A stretch of 64,000 nucleotides of DNA, taken from Flavobacteriales bacterium (GTDB lineage: Bacteria; Bacteroidota; Bacteroidia; Flavobacteriales_F; PHOS-HE28). A model generated the notes under the pieces. That model was not told the origin of the DNA and searched no databases. It saw only the letters and a list, made by a program, of their open reading frames with translations. The stretch lies in the NCBI GenBank assembly GCA_039931265.1, contig JBDTSG010000147.1, forward strand, positions 17,642-81,641, written 5' to 3'. Positions 63,927 through 64,000 of this stretch are shown here, in pieces. Both the position numbers and the translations under genes were made by a program. Position 1 is the first letter of the stretch; every line of letters starts with the position of its first letter.

Positions 63927-64000
63927 TCACTTCTTCGCGATGGCCTTGTCGACCTCTTCGCTGGCCATGATCTGCTCGTGGAACATGTAACCGCCGGTTT
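63927..64000 (-). CDS. 3' end of a small gene running off the window (possibly DUF4295-like ribosomal-cluster protein)
   Basis: The minus frame reads ...TGGYMFHEQIMASEEVDKAIAKK*. Coordinates are approximate (±2 nt). Confidence 0.3.
   Translation of the reverse strand, partial: TGGYMFHEQIMASEEVDKAIAKK

Noticed and set aside
1-64000. CRISPR arrays, rRNA genes, transposases/integrases, prophage genes
   Set aside because: None seen. The repeats present are REP-like hairpins, the paralog conversion tract and the ppsA 3' duplication, not CRISPR-type spacer-repeat arrays. No integrase or transposase-like ORFs were recognised.

Overview
This 64-kb window is chromosomal DNA of about 63% GC from a Bacteroidota-type genome. 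The assignment rests on at least five proteins with T9SS C-terminal sorting domains, a GWxTD protein, a LytS-type histidine kinase with a LytTR regulator, and SprB/SBBP repeats. I call about 55 protein genes and one tRNA-Ser(TGA). Many plus/minus 'shadow' ORFs in the supplied track are antisense artefacts of the high GC, and the track uses GTG/TTG as well as ATG starts, so several starts were moved to internal ATGs. Housekeeping content includes aroQ, mtaB, lgt, an inositol monophosphatase, selD plus mnmH (selenouridine trait), ppsA, gamma-glutamyltransferase, a cysteine desulfurase, the serC-serA-DUF1015-yggS cluster, purC, phoH, rimO and ftsY. The accessory content that seems most worth follow-up is: (1) two tandem ~1240-aa secreted paralogs (GSDH-like beta-propeller + PKD + PA14 + an unassigned C-terminal module) that share a 641-bp perfectly identical tract inside otherwise ~85% identical genes; (2) a small GC-rich palindromic repeat family that sits in frame inside mtaB and forms the 3' tail of a GT2 gene; (3) a ~95-bp degenerate duplicate of the ppsA 3' end bracketing a lower-GC small membrane ORF; (4) a ~0.5-kb lower-GC islet carrying a frameshifted lipoprotein gene; and (5) orphan partner-switch (SiaB/SiaC-like), vsr and AT-hook genes. 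I found no CRISPR array, rRNA, transposase or integrase. All calls come from reading the sequence and motifs by eye; no database search was run.
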